A stretch of DNA of 64,000 nucleotides from Eledone cirrhosa (Eukaryota), in assembly GCA_964016885.1 (NCBI GenBank), contig OZ024741.1:37696001-37760000 (forward strand), given 5' to 3'. This document shows positions 12,931 through 27,245 of this stretch, one piece after another. The position numbers and the translations under genes are program-made. The notes under the pieces are model-generated. The model was given only the letters and a program-made list of their open reading frames with translations. It was not told where the DNA came from and ran no database searches. The number at the start of each line of letters is the position of its first letter. Positions within the stretch are counted from its first letter, which is position 1.

Positions 12931-15811
12931 TTAATGTAATTCTCAAGCAGAATCATTGTCACAAGTTAGTGTGGCTAGGCTGGACCTTTTAATTATAGGT
13001 ACAGTTCATCCAACAGGTTTCCATAGGTTTCATTGACAAGGCTTGGGTCATCTTGAGATTTTAATAAAGTCACTTACCCAACATGCCACACAGTGGAATC
13101 GAACCTAGAACCTCGTGATTACATGCAGCTATTGAGGGTTGCCATATTGGACTGCAAGTACCAGATTTCACTATTTTTCATGACTGCATGATTTAAAAAA
13201 AATATTTTTTAACCCTTTGTTTAATTTCGAAGTACTTTTTACTTTTAAATTTTAATATTTGAAGATAATGATTCTGTTGAATATTATATTAACTTATCAG
13301 CTACCCTTGAGTCCCAGATAATAGGGGCGGGGTGGAATAAGTGTGTGCGCGTGCACACACACACACACACGCATATCATCGTCATCATCATCGTTTTACG
13401 TTCATTCTTCCATGCTAGCATGGGTTAGACGGGTTGTCCTGTTGTGGGTAGTGCCCGGTCGGCTGACCGTATCTTGCTCATACGGGAACTGATTTTGGCT
13501 TGGTTTCTACAGCTGGATGCCCTTACTAACATCAACCTCATTTACAGTGTGTGCGGGGTGCTTTTTTTCCGTGGCGCCTACATGACCACTTTACAGTATA
13601 TATATATATATATATATATATTATTTACTAGCAAGATTTTCATTTTGGACTACTTTTGATGTAATTAAACATTTTTTATGATATCATAAAAAATATAAAG
13701 ATATTGAATTTAATAGAGTTCTATTTCTTACCATATAGTTATATCTATTTATTTTATATTTTATTATTATTATTATTATTTCAAATACTGTACAGCAATC
13801 TTTTCACAATCACTGATGTCATTAGAGGGAGAAGCATGTTTGTTGCAGGACATTGATGGAGATCTAGACAAGAACTCATTAGTATTATACTACCATCATC
13901 CCCCTGATATGGCTAGGTCAACCATCCAGTGAATACCTTTATTGACCTGCTCTCTTTCAACATGGGATGCTGCTCCACTGACCTCACAAATGCTATGTAA
14001 ACTGGTTGTGTAGGTGTCCCGACAAAAAGTACCCAGTACTCACTGTAAAGTGGTTGTGTAGTTGTCACGGCATAAAGTACCCACTACTCACTGTAAAGTT
14101 GTTGTGTAGGTGTCATGACAAAGTACCCAGTCAACACTGTAAAGTGGTTGTGTAGGTATCACGACAAAAAGCACCCAGTACTCACTTTAAATGAGGGTGG
14201 CATTAGGAAGGGCATCCATCTGTAGAAACCAAGCCAAAGCCTGTACAAGCAAGACATGGTCACCTGACCTAGCATTGCTCACAACAGGACAATTCATCTA
14301 ACCCATGCCAGTATGGAAACATGGGCATTAAACAGTGATGATGATTCAGATGGAAGGCATAATCATGTAAAAATCCAATTGAGCTCAACTAGATGATGGT
14401 GATATTACATATTTGTTAAACAATATAAACTATATCATAATAGTTATACAGAATGTTTTTGTATGGCTGTTGCATGTAGGCCATGCGATCTGAAAAAATG
14501 GTGCTAAAATATTTATTTAGAAATTGTGAAACACAATTGAAAATGAGACCAAAAATATGATGGGGTGGCAAATGTTTTAAATGCTTTCATTGTTGCCAGA
14601 AGTCAGCATTCTCTGCCACCAGTGTTATGTCTCTCCCTCTCTCTCTCGTCCTCTGTATCTATCTATGTGTGTGTGTATATATATATTCACATACTTACAC
14701 AAAATACACACACACACACTCACATGTACCCATGTGTATACACACACATGCACGTATGTGTGTTAGGTGTGTAACTACAGTTACAAGCAGCGCACCATTC
14801 AAAGCACTCAATACTTATCGATATCAAAACAATTGTAATATGCCAAAGTTTGTACATATGCTGCAACACAGACTTTGATTCTACTTTCTCTCTAAGTAAT
14901 ATTGAAATAATTAATTATTTTTGTAAATATCTCTATTTTTTTTAAATTAATTAATTGAAATTCAGTGAATATCATGAGAAATACAGTCCTGAAAGAGTTA
15001 ACCACGGTCTCTACCTTTCATAGTAAGGTTTTTAAAAATATCTGTGGTCTGATTTCATTTTACTATTTTAGCGTACATAATTGTTTCTGTTTTGGCACAA
15101 GGCCAGCAATTACCCAGTACATTACTGGTACTTTATTTTATCAACCCCGTAAGGATGAAAGTCAAAGTTAACCTCAGCGGGATTTGAACTAAGATCATAA
15201 AGGGACGTAACTCTATGCTTCAAAGCATGGTGTCTTACTCTCTACCGATACTGCCAATCCAGCGTACATAATGATCTCTGTCTTACTAAGTAAGAAGAAT
15301 TTATCTAATTATTGACCTATTTCTGCTGTCTGTTAGGATCCTGAAATCAACACAGATCCCTATCTGTATTTCTGATTATTTACACTGTTGACATAATGAA
15401 TCCTATTAAGAAATAACTTACTTTCAGATATATTCGTCGCACCGAAATGGAAAAACACTTTTCTCAAGTCTTGTAAAATCACAAAACTTTCCTACTTGGT
15501 TCTTTCTTTTATCCTCTTACTTATTTCAATCACTCGTAGACTGTGGCCATGCCAGGGCATTGCCGTGAAAGAATTTAGTCAATCACCTCAACCCCAGTAC
15601 TTATTTTTTAAAGTCTGTTATCTGTGTTATCAATTGCTTTTTTCATCGGACTGCTAAATTATGGGACATAAATGAACAGTAAAAATCCTCACTCATACTG
15701 ACAGACATATGCACACACACACACATGCACTAAGGTGGCAGGCTTCCACACAGTTTCTGACTACCAAATTTCACTCACAAGGCATTGAGCAACCTGAGGC
15801 TAAAGTGGAAA

Positions 15812-15985
15812 ATATAGCAGTGGAGACTTCCAGCATTCTTGACGCCTACACCATATCCATGCTTACTACTATTGGAGCAGAGTTGATTGCCTGTAGGTGT
15901 AAGCCCTACAAGGTGGAGTGGCTGTTCTAGTGTGTGTCCCTCGCCATCCTCCAGAGCAATGTCTTCTTCATCCTGTCAGGACCAC
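15812..15985 (+). mobile_element. CRE-like (RLE) retrotransposon 3' fragment
   Basis: IAVETSSILD...LTTIGAELIA...EWLF*CVSLAILQSN resembles the CRE C-terminus (AVETxG...IG..L...FQRLSLAIQRGN); homologous to 62225-62420. Confidence 0.6.
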
Positions 15986-16132
15986 ATGATGGACAACATA
16001 TTCGGGTAGGAGTAGGGTGGCAGTCTTCAGATGAAAGGGTTAATAATGCTGACACACACTCACACACAACAGCCAAAAATAACATTTAATATTTCACTGT
16101 ATATTGTAAAAAGCTGTGCTTTTGAATAAAGC

Positions 16133-17215
16133 AACTAGTTGTGAACTCTTTAATCACACAGCCATACCTGTAAATAAGTTGTGAAGTGTATTCCTTAACC
16201 ACACAACCATACCTGTAAATAAGTTGTGAAGTGTACTCCTTAACCATACAGCCATACCTGTAAATAAGCTGTGAAGTGAACTCCTTAACCACACAGCCAT
16301 ACCTGTAAATAAGTTGTGAAGTGAACTCCTTAACCACACAGCCATACCTGTAAATAAGTTGTGAAGTGAACTCCTTAACCACACAGCCATACTTGTAAAT
16401 AAGTTGTGAAGTGTACTCCTTAACCACGCAGCCATACCTGTAAATAAGTTGTGAAGTGAACTCCTTAACCATACAGCCATACCTGTAAATAAGCTGTGAA
16501 GTGAACTCCTTAACCACACAGCCATACCTGTAAATAAGTTGTGAAGTGAACTCCTTAACCACACAGCCATACCTGTAAATAAGTTGTGAAGTGAACTCCT
16601 TAATCATACAGCCATACCTGTAAATAAGTTGTGAAGTGAACTCCTTAACCACGCAGCCATACCTGTAAATAAGTTGTGAAGTGTACTCCTTAACCACACA
16701 GCCATACCTGTAAATAAGTTGTGAAGTGAACTCCTTAATCATACAGCCATACCTGTAAATAAGTTGTGAAGTGAACTCCTTAACCACACAGCCATACCTG
16801 TAAATAAGCTGTGAAGTGAACTCCTTAACCACACAGCCATACCTGTAAATAAGCTGTGAAGTGAACTCCTTAACCACACAACCATACCTGTAAATAAGTT
16901 GTGAAGTGAACTCCTTAACCATACAGCCATACCTGTAAATAAGTTGTGAAGTGTACTCCTTAACCACGCAGCCATACCTGTAAATAAGCTGTGAAGTGAA
17001 CTCCTTAACCACACAGCCATACCTGTAAATAAGCTGTGAAGTGAACTCCTTAACCACACAGCCATACTTGTAAATAAGCTGTGAAGTGAACTCCTTAACC
17101 ATACAGCCATACCTGTACATAAATTGTGAAGTGAACTCCTTAACCATACAGCCATACCTGTACATAAATTGTGAAGTGAACTCCTTAACCATACAGCCAT
17201 GCCTGTAAATAAGTT
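16133..17215. repeat. 45-bp minisatellite, about 24 copies
   Basis: Unit ACCACACAGCCATACCTGTAAATAAGTTGTGAAGTGAACTCCTTA; accounts for the 368-aa repetitive ORF. Confidence 0.97.
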
Positions 17216-18756
17216 ATGGAAAATTTCATCTGAGCACTTATTTTTTTTCCATATTGTTAGAAGTTACTAAATTCTTTGACTCTAGGAATGTTTCTTTTTG
17301 TTGAAGAACATCACATCTAGTATACTCTACCACTGCATCTGCTGCTTTTTCAGCCACTATCTTTCACCTTTTTTGTTGATAAACTGCTTGAAATTACCCC
17401 TGATTCTATGATATAAAACTGTTTAAAAATATTTATATTTATTACTCTATATATGCTATTTTATTTTCATGGTAAAGGCTTTATCTCACATAATTATCTT
17501 ACATAATATTGAATCTATGAGATTTTGATATTATTTATTTTGAGAACAATACCTTAATGCCAGCATGAGTGGCTGGTAGCAGCCAGTTTGAACAGAAAGA
17601 GGTGAGGGAATTCTGGCCAGATACAGCCAGTTTAACTCTTCAAATTCTTGATTATTTTCTAAATGACTTAAAAATCATTCATAGGCAGTGTGTTTCAGAG
17701 TTAATGTAAATTACTGTATATACTCAAATATAAACTAACCCCACTATTTTATGTCTGAAATGGGAGAAAATACAAACCTTATTTACATTGAATTTGAAGT
17801 TGGTGAAAATCATCAAAATATTGATCCCGGATATAAGCCAACTCCATTCTACCATTGAGTTTTTTTTAATCATATATTCCTTGGCTTATATTTGAATATA
17901 CTTGGTATATTGTTGGGCTATTAAATATTTTCCATATTGCCATTGCCCACAGCTCAGATATATTAGTTATATATTTTGATGTTTCTTGGTATTGCATGAG
18001 ATATTTCAGCAACCTAATTATATTGAAATTTCTCGCAGGTTGTGGATGCCTATCATTACAACACTTGAATTGAAAAAGTAAAAATATAGTTGACTTCATT
18101 AGTCTACTCCTATCCTTGAATTTCTGAGAACTTAAGAGTAAGAATAGAGACAATAAATACACACACACACACACATGTATATCATATATATATATATATA
18201 TAATAATTTAATATACAAACTTGAGAACTGTCATTCGATGCTTCATAATAGGCGACAAGTTTCTTCACTCAATGATGCTATTTATATTCAGTGACTCTAC
18301 AAATCAAATATATGAAATTTATCTTTTCAAAAATGAAAGAAAATGCTTCAATTAGTTTTCGTTACATACCAGAAAAAATCTTGAGTTATCTTGAGCATGT
18401 TCTTATTAAGAAAATGATATCTTTAAAATGTGTTTAGTACAGAAACGAATTCTGCTGTAATGATATTTAAAATGGAAAACTGTTATCCTCTGAAGTCTTA
18501 AACAATAATAAAGATCTCACCTTGTATCAATACCCATGTTGAATGTGGATTTAGAATTAGGAATGAAAAATGTGTATATTAACCATTTTGAGACCAACCA
18601 ACTCAAAACCACTTTTGGTTCTATGAAATAATGTTACCTATTATAAAGAAATCTTCAAACATAGTTTGATATAAGAATATTTTCATGTGGTGCAAATACC
18701 ATCTTAATAATGAAATAGTTAATAAATTTGATAAATCCCTTCAAATTCTTCATTAA

Positions 18757-18973
18757 CCCTTTAGCATTTAAACCAGCCATACCCGGCCAGAATTCTCTCA
18801 CCTCTTTCTGTTCTAACTGGCTGTAACTAGCCACTCATACTGATGTTAAAGTATTGTTCTCAAAATAATATCAAAATCTCAGATTCAATATTATGTGAGA
18901 TAATTATGTGAAATAATGCCTTTACAGTGAAAATACAATAGTATATATATAGAGTAATGTAAATGCTAAAGGG
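18757..18973 (-). mobile_element. piggyBac-type MITE family A, inserted into a family B copy
   Basis: Intact TIRs with TTAA on both sides; the flanks rejoin into family B sequence (...CTTCAAATTCTTCA|TTAA|TTAATCAAAATATAGTGTATTTCATTAGAAATATGGTAA). Confidence 0.85.
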
Positions 18974-19849
18974 TTAATTAATCAAAATATAGTGTATTTC
19001 ATTAGAAATATGGTAATATGTTAAAGGACATCTGACTATAAATCTTTTGTTGACATTGTAAACTCTGGTTTATATAATATCTTAATCTTTTATACAATTA
19101 ATGATGTTCTAGTTACATCTAATGCCCAGTAATTGTCTCGACTTTCTTATGACCCAATGCCCATTCCTCACTCACATCATTATATTCTTATGTAAGCTTC
19201 ATTCATACTAGTTATTCATGATATAGAGATACTATGTTAAATGAATTATGATTTTGTTACTAATGATAAGATTCAGCATTGTTGTGTGTGAATGTAATCT
19301 GATTCAGTTTGTTTTGATTTACTTAATGCTACATTTGCAATACTTAAAACCATATTTGACTTTCTGAATGTATTTTCCATTGGGTAAGTTAATTTTAGAA
19401 GTTCTACTTGTCTGGCAAGAGACTTCATCTGAGACTGGTGTGTTGAAAAGAAAGCAATTACATGATGGAAAAGTCATTTTAAACCATTAAAAACAAAACA
19501 CAAACATTATTAAATACACTTTACAATTACCAAACTTGCATTGCTCTGCTTGTCACCTGGTGACTGACCAAATCACAAACAGTGTGGTGAGAATTTTGAC
19601 ACAAAGAAATAAATAATACATTTAAAGTGTTTTTAACTGTTTTTGTGTGTCTCTTGAATGGTTAAAATGATTCTTCTATGATATAATCAACTTAACTTTA
19701 TATTATCTATATCAGATCAATGGTTTACCAAACTGTTTCACCAGAGTTCTCTAGATTATTTCTCTTAATTCATTGATCAGCAATAATAAAACACCCTTTA
19801 ACCTCATATTTTTCTTATATTCACATTCACATACACTATACAAATGTTT

Positions 19850-20090
19850 TAACAGTGGCAGATGCTTGGCTAGGTGCTATAGATGTCCTCAAAGAGACCA
19901 GTGAAAGCTTCTCTGGAATGGAAGTCAAGAAGTGGGTTAGGAGGTGAGGTAGACCTCTTGTGACCTCGTTGATAACTGTGGAGAAGGACTTGGTAGATAT
20001 GGGTCTGTCTTGGGAGCAGGCTTATGACTTTATTGGGTGGATCTCTCTCATCACCCAACATTCCATAGGGAGCAGGAGCAACTAAATAAC
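19850..20090 (+). mobile_element. Decayed RTE LINE 3' end
   Basis: Plus frame reads WLG...RR*GRPLVTSLITVEKDLVDMGLSWEQAYD...W, typical of the RTE ORF C-terminus (GRPxxTW...DL..MG.SW). Confidence 0.65.
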
Positions 20091-22584
20091 TAATCTCTAA
20101 ATTTCTTAAGGAATGCATGAACCTTATGTAATCTCAATTGCCTTTCTTCTTTTCACAGGAAACTTTGTTCCTGTGTAAGAAATTGTTATATTGTTTTAGC
20201 TCCTTAGTCAACAGTCTTGAGATCTTGTTTTGAATACCAACTGGAATTACTTCTCTCACTTTACAAATACTCATGTTGACACACATGACTATCAGCATCC
20301 CACTACAAGCTTTTATAATTCTCAAATTTCATGCCTAGGTAAGAAACAATTTCATTACCTAGCTCTCAACCTCAACTACTAAAAATTTACATAACCAGAT
20401 ATCAACTCAGCTTGTCATTGGTGTTGCTTCACTTGAAAAATTATATGTGAATCTGTTTTTCCTGGTGAAGGATAGATCTTCCATAAATTTCAACAGTGAG
20501 CATTCAGTTGTTCAATCAACTGACAGTCTAACTCATAAATTCATGTGTTATATGTTTGAATATTTTAAAGACAGGAGTACTCTTAACCTTTGCACAATTC
20601 TAAAGCCAAATCAGTTCAACAAAGGCTGGTCCTTTAAATTATAGTTACAATCCATTTGATAGACTTTCACAGTTTTTGTCTACCTAATTTCACTCTCAAA
20701 GCTTGGGTTGACTGCAGGCTATGGTAAAGGTACTTGCCTAAGATGCTACACATTGGAACTGAACTTGGAATCTCATGATTGTGAAGCAAACTTCTTAATT
20801 GTTCGGCCATGCCTACATTCACCCAGGTGAATACACCTTCAAAGTTTACAGTATAACATTTTCTGGGTTAAACAGAAAATAAAAACAAAATATTAGCTGA
20901 TTCTCAGATGGACCAATGAAACAGTGTTTCTATTGGTCTTTCCATTGCTGATGGCGACCTGTGATTTCTGGCAGAAGGAGGTGGAATTTGAACTCAGAAT
21001 GAACTGAGCCAGATTAGAGACTGCAAAGTTCTGACTCTGAAAATTCTGCCACTCCTGGACCAATCTTGGACTGGTATTATATTTATCAATCCCACCTAAA
21101 GGATGAATGTTGACCTCAAAGAAGTGATTTAAACTCAGAGTGTAGTGAGCTGGAACAAATACTTTGGTATTTAATTTGATGCCCTAACAAATCTGCCAAT
21201 TTGCTGCCTTGAAAATAAGCAAACTAAATATAATAATATAAAATAATAAAATAAAAAAAGACAATAACCATGTGAAATTTAAATTGGATTCTTTCTCACC
21301 TGAAAATTAATTTTGTATTAGTGTTTGTCTAATGACTTAATGTTGTAACAAAGCTGGTATTAACAAAGCTGGTATTAACTTTAAAGTTATCGGTTAGAAT
21401 GCATTTTGTCTCTTTTTATTGGAAGACCAATTTCTGATTGTATACGGCAAAGTAGATTTCTACAAGTCTCCTCATGTCTTGGACAATTTTGCAAACTTTA
21501 ACTACAGTGTGTGTAACTTTAATTTAGTAAGATAGTTTAATAGTTCCTCTCTCCAAGTTATAATCACTGATTAATTTGACAATTCTAGCATACTAATGAA
21601 GATAGGACTAATTCCTATGTTGGTACCGTTTTGTTTGATTTTCTTCTTTTGTAGGAATGAGTGGTACTTTTCTTTTTTTTACGTTTTTATGTTATTTTGT
21701 TTTGTTAACCTTTTCGTATCATATATATGTAACTAATGTTTTGATTAGTGACTTAGTCAGCAAGGTGTCGTCTTTGGCAATTTCTTTCGATCTTTTCCGC
21801 TTGCTATAGTCAGCTTTTCTTGAATGACTCAATCTTCAAAGAATGTATTCACAGCAATTAGAATTCATTTGCAATCAAAAGCATTTTCTCACTTGTGTTT
21901 AATTTTAATTCTTGATTAAAGAATAACAACAAAATGGAAAATGTAAACCAAAAGTAATACTTAAATTCTATGCTATAGTACTATCACAGTGTGATTCAGA
22001 ATAAAGGCATATGTGGACCTATATGCAATATGTTTATGTATAATAAACCATACATGTAGCCTTGCTGTGTATATTTTAGGCTGTGATCATATCAAATAGC
22101 TCTTTCAACATCAGTGTATATATATATAAGAGCAGCGTATATATGTAAATGATCACAGCAAGAATAAATGTATGTTTATTATACATAAACATATTGTATA
22201 TGGATCAATATATGCTATATTCTGAATCATGCTGTGTTATTGTTATTGTAATTTATACTAGCCATTCAGGCATGTCCTATATTCTACAAGAATAGTTTGT
22301 TTACAAAATCTATAAATCTGTCATACTTCTATATCTGGGTAAGTACTGATGAAGAGTAGCAACTTTGAAATATTGCTTAAAATACGAGACTGAATGTATA
22401 TTTTTTATATATAATCAAATTTTATATGGGTTCATATACATCTTTATTCTAGAATATATTTGAAAAACAAAACTTTCTAATACATTTTTCAATTTGTGTG
22501 TGTGTGTGTTTTATGGTAAAATGAAGATATTGTTGGCTTATTTATGCTAGTTCTATATGTACAAATTGTTAATATGTTGCCACC

Positions 22585-23385
22585 ATCATCACCATTATAA
22601 TAATTTTATGCCAGTTTTCCATGCCAGTGTTCATATGCCATTTTGAGGTCTGCAAAGCAAGAATACACTTCCTGGCAATCTTCCCATGACTTCTCAAAGA
22701 CCTGCTGCAGTGTGAATATTTGGTCGGCTGTGCTGCATCCGGGGCGAAAACTACACTGTTCATCAGCTAGCTTGGACTCAAACAATCTCCCTACATCTCT
22801 TTGCCAGACACTTAGCATGGACTTTACTGGGGAGGCTTAACAAGGATATCCCTCTATAATTGGAGAAATCTCTTAGCTTGGAAATAAGTCCTTCTTCTTG
22901 CACTTGTGGTACAAGTAGGCACAAAGAATTGCAGCAGAAACAATAAAAGTGTCAATGTTAAGACATGGGAGGACTTTGGAGTTAAGCTGGAATCCAACTT
23001 CAGATCAGCAAATAAAGCGTTCTGGCAGGCCATCCACCGACTTCATAAGTTTTCCTTCACACCTGCTATTGCTGTTAGAAATGCATCTGGAGTTTTCCTC
23101 TCTTCAGAGAGGTGTATCATTGTGAGGTGGAGAGAATACTTTGCTGATCACAACAACATCTGATATACACAAGGTGCATCTGGGAGTAATGACTAATCTC
23201 TCACAGGATGAGACCACAAGAGCAATTAAAGAGCTGAAATGTGGCAAGGCTGCTGAGGTGGATGAAATTCGGCCTGAGATATTAAAAGCCTTAAATAGAG
23301 AAGGTTTTCTCTGACTGACTTGTGTGTGTTGGGTGACCTGGATCTCTAGAAAGGCATCTAAACAATGGCAGTCAGGAATGATATT
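22585..23385. mobile_element. Old RTE-type LINE fragment with 5' inversion
   Basis: The minus part (about 22620-22905) encodes NYRGISLLSLPSKV...EQCSFRPGCSTADQIFTLQQ...FADLKMAY followed by a tail-like motif. The plus part (22906-23385) encodes the upstream linker WREYFAD...KCGKAAEVDEIRPEILK...KQWQSG. Confidence 0.8.
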
Positions 23386-23778
23386 GTAATACCTAATCTG
23401 AAAAATGTATGTGGCAAATGGACTAATTCAACTGATATATTTGGACATAGTCTGGCATTTGCAGTTCTTATAATCCTTCATCTAAATCTAAAACTATTAT
23501 ATATGTATGATTATGTGTGTATATATTTATATATATGTGTGTGTGTGTGTATATATACATATATATATATGTGTGTGTGTATATACATATATATATATAT
23601 AAATATATAATTAGCTGTCCAAATGGCAAGAGTTCAGCCGTTGGGCCTCGACTCTTTCTAATATAGTCATACTTACTAGTTTAATACTGGTTTAATCCTG
23701 ATATACATAGTTCCTACTACAATAGTAGACCACTTTTCAGTATCATCATCGTTTAACGTCTATCTTCCACGCTAGCAT

Positions 23779-23814
<36 letters not shown>

Positions 23815-26800
23815 CAACTACCCTAAACTATTACAGAAAGTTTGAATGCCATCCATTGTTAATGATTAGTAGTTAGTCCTCAGGAAAAAAGTGATATGAC
23901 ATAACATGTTCATGTCTTGTGGAGTTGAAAAGTTTCATGTAGTAAGTATTATCAAATACTGAAATGTAGTAATTATCAAATACTGAAATACAGTAGTAGC
24001 GCAGTTATCAAGATAGCACAGACATTTGAAATGTTTAGTCTTCTACATAGGAAAGATATATATATATGTACACCTACTGTCTATTATGCCAGTTTTATTG
24101 CCATCATCATCATCATCTTCTTCATATGTTTGCTGTCCAGGCTGGCAGGAGCTGTTATGTCTCAGTCAGTTCTTATTCAGTGTTCGATGGGTCAGGGAAC
24201 CTTGTCATGCAGTAGAAATCATGTCAATATTTGGAATATTGGCATGATTTCTACTGCTGGCTGCCTGCCTATCACAAAGCAAAGTTCTGGCAGATGATGC
24301 TAACTACATATTTTCAGCTGAGTTTCTTGCTCAAGATCACAACACAGTACTCGGTCTGGGAATCAAACCCACAGCCTTTATGATTGTGAGCCCAGCATGC
24401 TATCCACTAGACTACCACTTGCCTTCATATAAATTGTAGTATAAATAACTAGACAACACATTACGTAGATCATGCTCCTTCAAATAAGAAGCAGTGTAAA
24501 TCAAAGTAAAATACATCAAACCAAATTGGATTAAAGTTAGTTATGTACCAAAAACCTAAATTCTAAAGGAAACCATACAAATATATGAGTAGTTCTCTTA
24601 TTTGTGATATAACATGTCATAATTACTGTTGGTGATGTTTTATCCAATAGTATTGATGTTTTATCCAATAGTATTGATGTTTTATTCAATAGCTTATTTC
24701 TGTTTTTGCTTTGTTTTGTCATTAGGAGGTTTGTAACTGTACTGACAAATAATTGAAGCCACATGAATTGCCACACATGAAGAAACCCAGATTATCTTTT
24801 TAAATGTTACTAAGAATTAGTTTTTATATTGTTGTTGTTGTATTTTGTTTTTCAGTTAAATATTTCTTTTTTTTTTGTGTGTGTGTAGTCTGTTGGTTAA
24901 GAAAATTTGATTAAAACCCTTAGAAAAAATTTCATAAGAGAAGGCAGCAAGCAGTGTCTGTAATAAATGTTATGCAGAGAGTTCTTAATCCTGTTTATTG
25001 TACAATATCTCATGAAACAAAATCTTTTTCCTAATTAGCTAAACATTTTTGATCTGTTCAGTCTCATTGCTTATCTTTCTTGTTAGTTGGTTAATATATA
25101 AAATAACACCAAATACAATTTTAAGCCATCTAAAAAAAATTATTTTGTGGTATAAAATATATAAACTAAAGATACATTACCTCGAACAAAATATATTGAA
25201 ACTCTGCGTGGGTTTAAATTGTCACAATTGAATATTTGGTAGTAGTTCTAGAATTTCAATTTGTACCTAATATTAATAATGATTTCTACTATAGGCACAA
25301 GGCCATACATTTTTTAGGGGAGGGGAAAGTCAATTAAATCAACCCCAGTGTGTTGCTGGTACTCCATTTTATCGACCCCATAAGGATGAAAGGCAAAGCT
25401 AACCTCGGCGGAATTTGAAATCAAAACGTAAAGGGCCGTAACTCTATGCTACAAAGCATGGTGTCCGGCACTCTATCAACACTGCCAATCCACTGCCCTA
25501 ATAATAAGAATTGTTTCTACTTATAGCACAAGGCCAACAATTATCCTAGTGAATTACTGGTACTTTATTTTATCAACCTCGTTAGGATGAAAGGCAAAGT
25601 TAACCTCATGGGGATTTGAACTCAGACTAGAGGGTCGTAACTCTATGCTGCAAAGCATGGCGTCCAACCCTCTATGGATACTACCAATCCACTGCCCTAA
25701 TGATAATAATGATGATAAAGTATTTCAAATATTTTTATTTCATGTTTATCTTGCTAGTAAGTGAGAAACATTTAGCATTAAAAAAAACAGGTTTTAGTTT
25801 TAAGCTTCACCTCAATATATTTATGTATATGATTTGCACAATCTCATAGCTTTTCAGTCATGTCAATGACATAACAACTTCACTAGGTCTGGTGTCACAC
25901 TAAAATGCTATATATACACTTTGAAAAGTGGTTAGTTTTAAGAAGACCATCCAGCTATAGAAACTGTGCCAAATAAGGGTTGAGGGGACTCTGCAGTCAC
26001 ATTAAGAGTATGACAACCTCTCCAGTGCTGGTGTTACAATAAGATGCTCCCAGAACACTCTGTAAATTAGTTAGTATTAGAAAGGGTATCCAACTATAGA
26101 AACCATGCTGAATAAAAGTAGAGAGGAGTCTTCAGTTAGGTTGAGGACATGACAAGCTCTCAATCCTGTTAAAGACATCATAACCTCCTTAGATCATTAT
26201 TTAATGTCTGTTTTCCATGCTAGGCATATCAACAAGGTCTAAGATTAGATGGATCAACAAACCACATATTGCTCACACCTTCCATATTTTGGCATAGATT
26301 CTATGATTGAATGTCCTTACTGAAGCCAACCACTTTGTAGGGTGTACTAGGTGTATTTTACTTGGTACCACTGCTGCCATTCTTTAACAAAAATATTGTA
26401 CTTATTTGCCAAGTGACTTGATCTGAGATTATGTGGAAACTGAAGCAAGAGTTCTTAGAAACATTCAAGAAACACAAAACCTCATTTTATAAATATCATT
26501 TATTTCTTGGTGTCAATTTGTGAGCTGGTCATCGGCACAGTTCCACAGTGGAAAATTTTGACACAAAGAAATAAATGTAGAAGGAATTTAACCTTTTTGA
26601 TAACCAACCCACACAAAACCATATCTGGTTCTATGAAATGAAACCATCCATTTTAAAGCGTTTCTATTTAAATTAAAATCATCTAATAATTTTATATGAG
26701 ACCCTTTTTAAAAGTTGTATTGCAAATAATATATTGATAATGAAATAATAAATTTTTCATTTAATAATTGAAATACAGTGTATTTCATTAGAAAAGGTTT

Positions 26801-27039
26801 ACAGTTTCTGTTCTTTTTTTTGTATGGTTGAAATAAATCTTGCATAATGTAATTGCTGGAGATATCTTTTTGAGGCAACGCTTTACAGTTGGATGCACTT
26901 CTGGCATGAACCTTTTTAGCTGTCTTTTATGACAAGGATTTTGCGTACAATTTTTAAACCAGATACATGCAGAATAAATATGTAAAGACATAAATGTCTG
27001 AATATCAGGCATTCATATGACTTTGTACCCATCTCTGTG

Positions 27040-27245
27040 TTGCCCCCCCCCCCCTCTCCACCCTCGCTTCCTCTCTCTTTCTTTTTCCCTCTTCTCTCTC
27101 ACTTTCTCCTCCTCTCTTTTTTCCTCTTCTCTCTCACTTTCTCCTCCTCTCTCTCTTTCTCCTCCTCTCTTTTTCTCCTCTTCTCTCTATTTCCCTCCCC
27201 TCTCTCTCTTCTCACTCCTCTTTGTTTCCATTCTCTCCCTCTTTT
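27040..27245 (+). repeat. Long polypyrimidine (CT-rich) tract
   Basis: About 200 nt almost entirely C/T. Confidence 0.85.

Noticed and set aside
15428-15475. Possible extra small exon after CTTTCAG
   Set aside because: No convincing donor in a compatible phase.
16086-17192. 368-aa repetitive ORF as a protein-coding gene or CRISPR-like array
   Set aside because: Pure 45-bp tandem repeat with no unique spacers; the frame stays open only because the period is a multiple of 3.
19870-19930. REAFTGLFEDI on the minus strand resembling histone H3 (EAYLVGLFEDT)
   Set aside because: The flanks do not match H3; the opposite strand is better explained as an RTE ORF C-terminus.
23655-23752. Additional minus-strand hammerhead-like motif
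   Set aside because: The GATGA part comes from an adjacent (CAT)n SINE tail and the GAAA is defective; support is insufficient.
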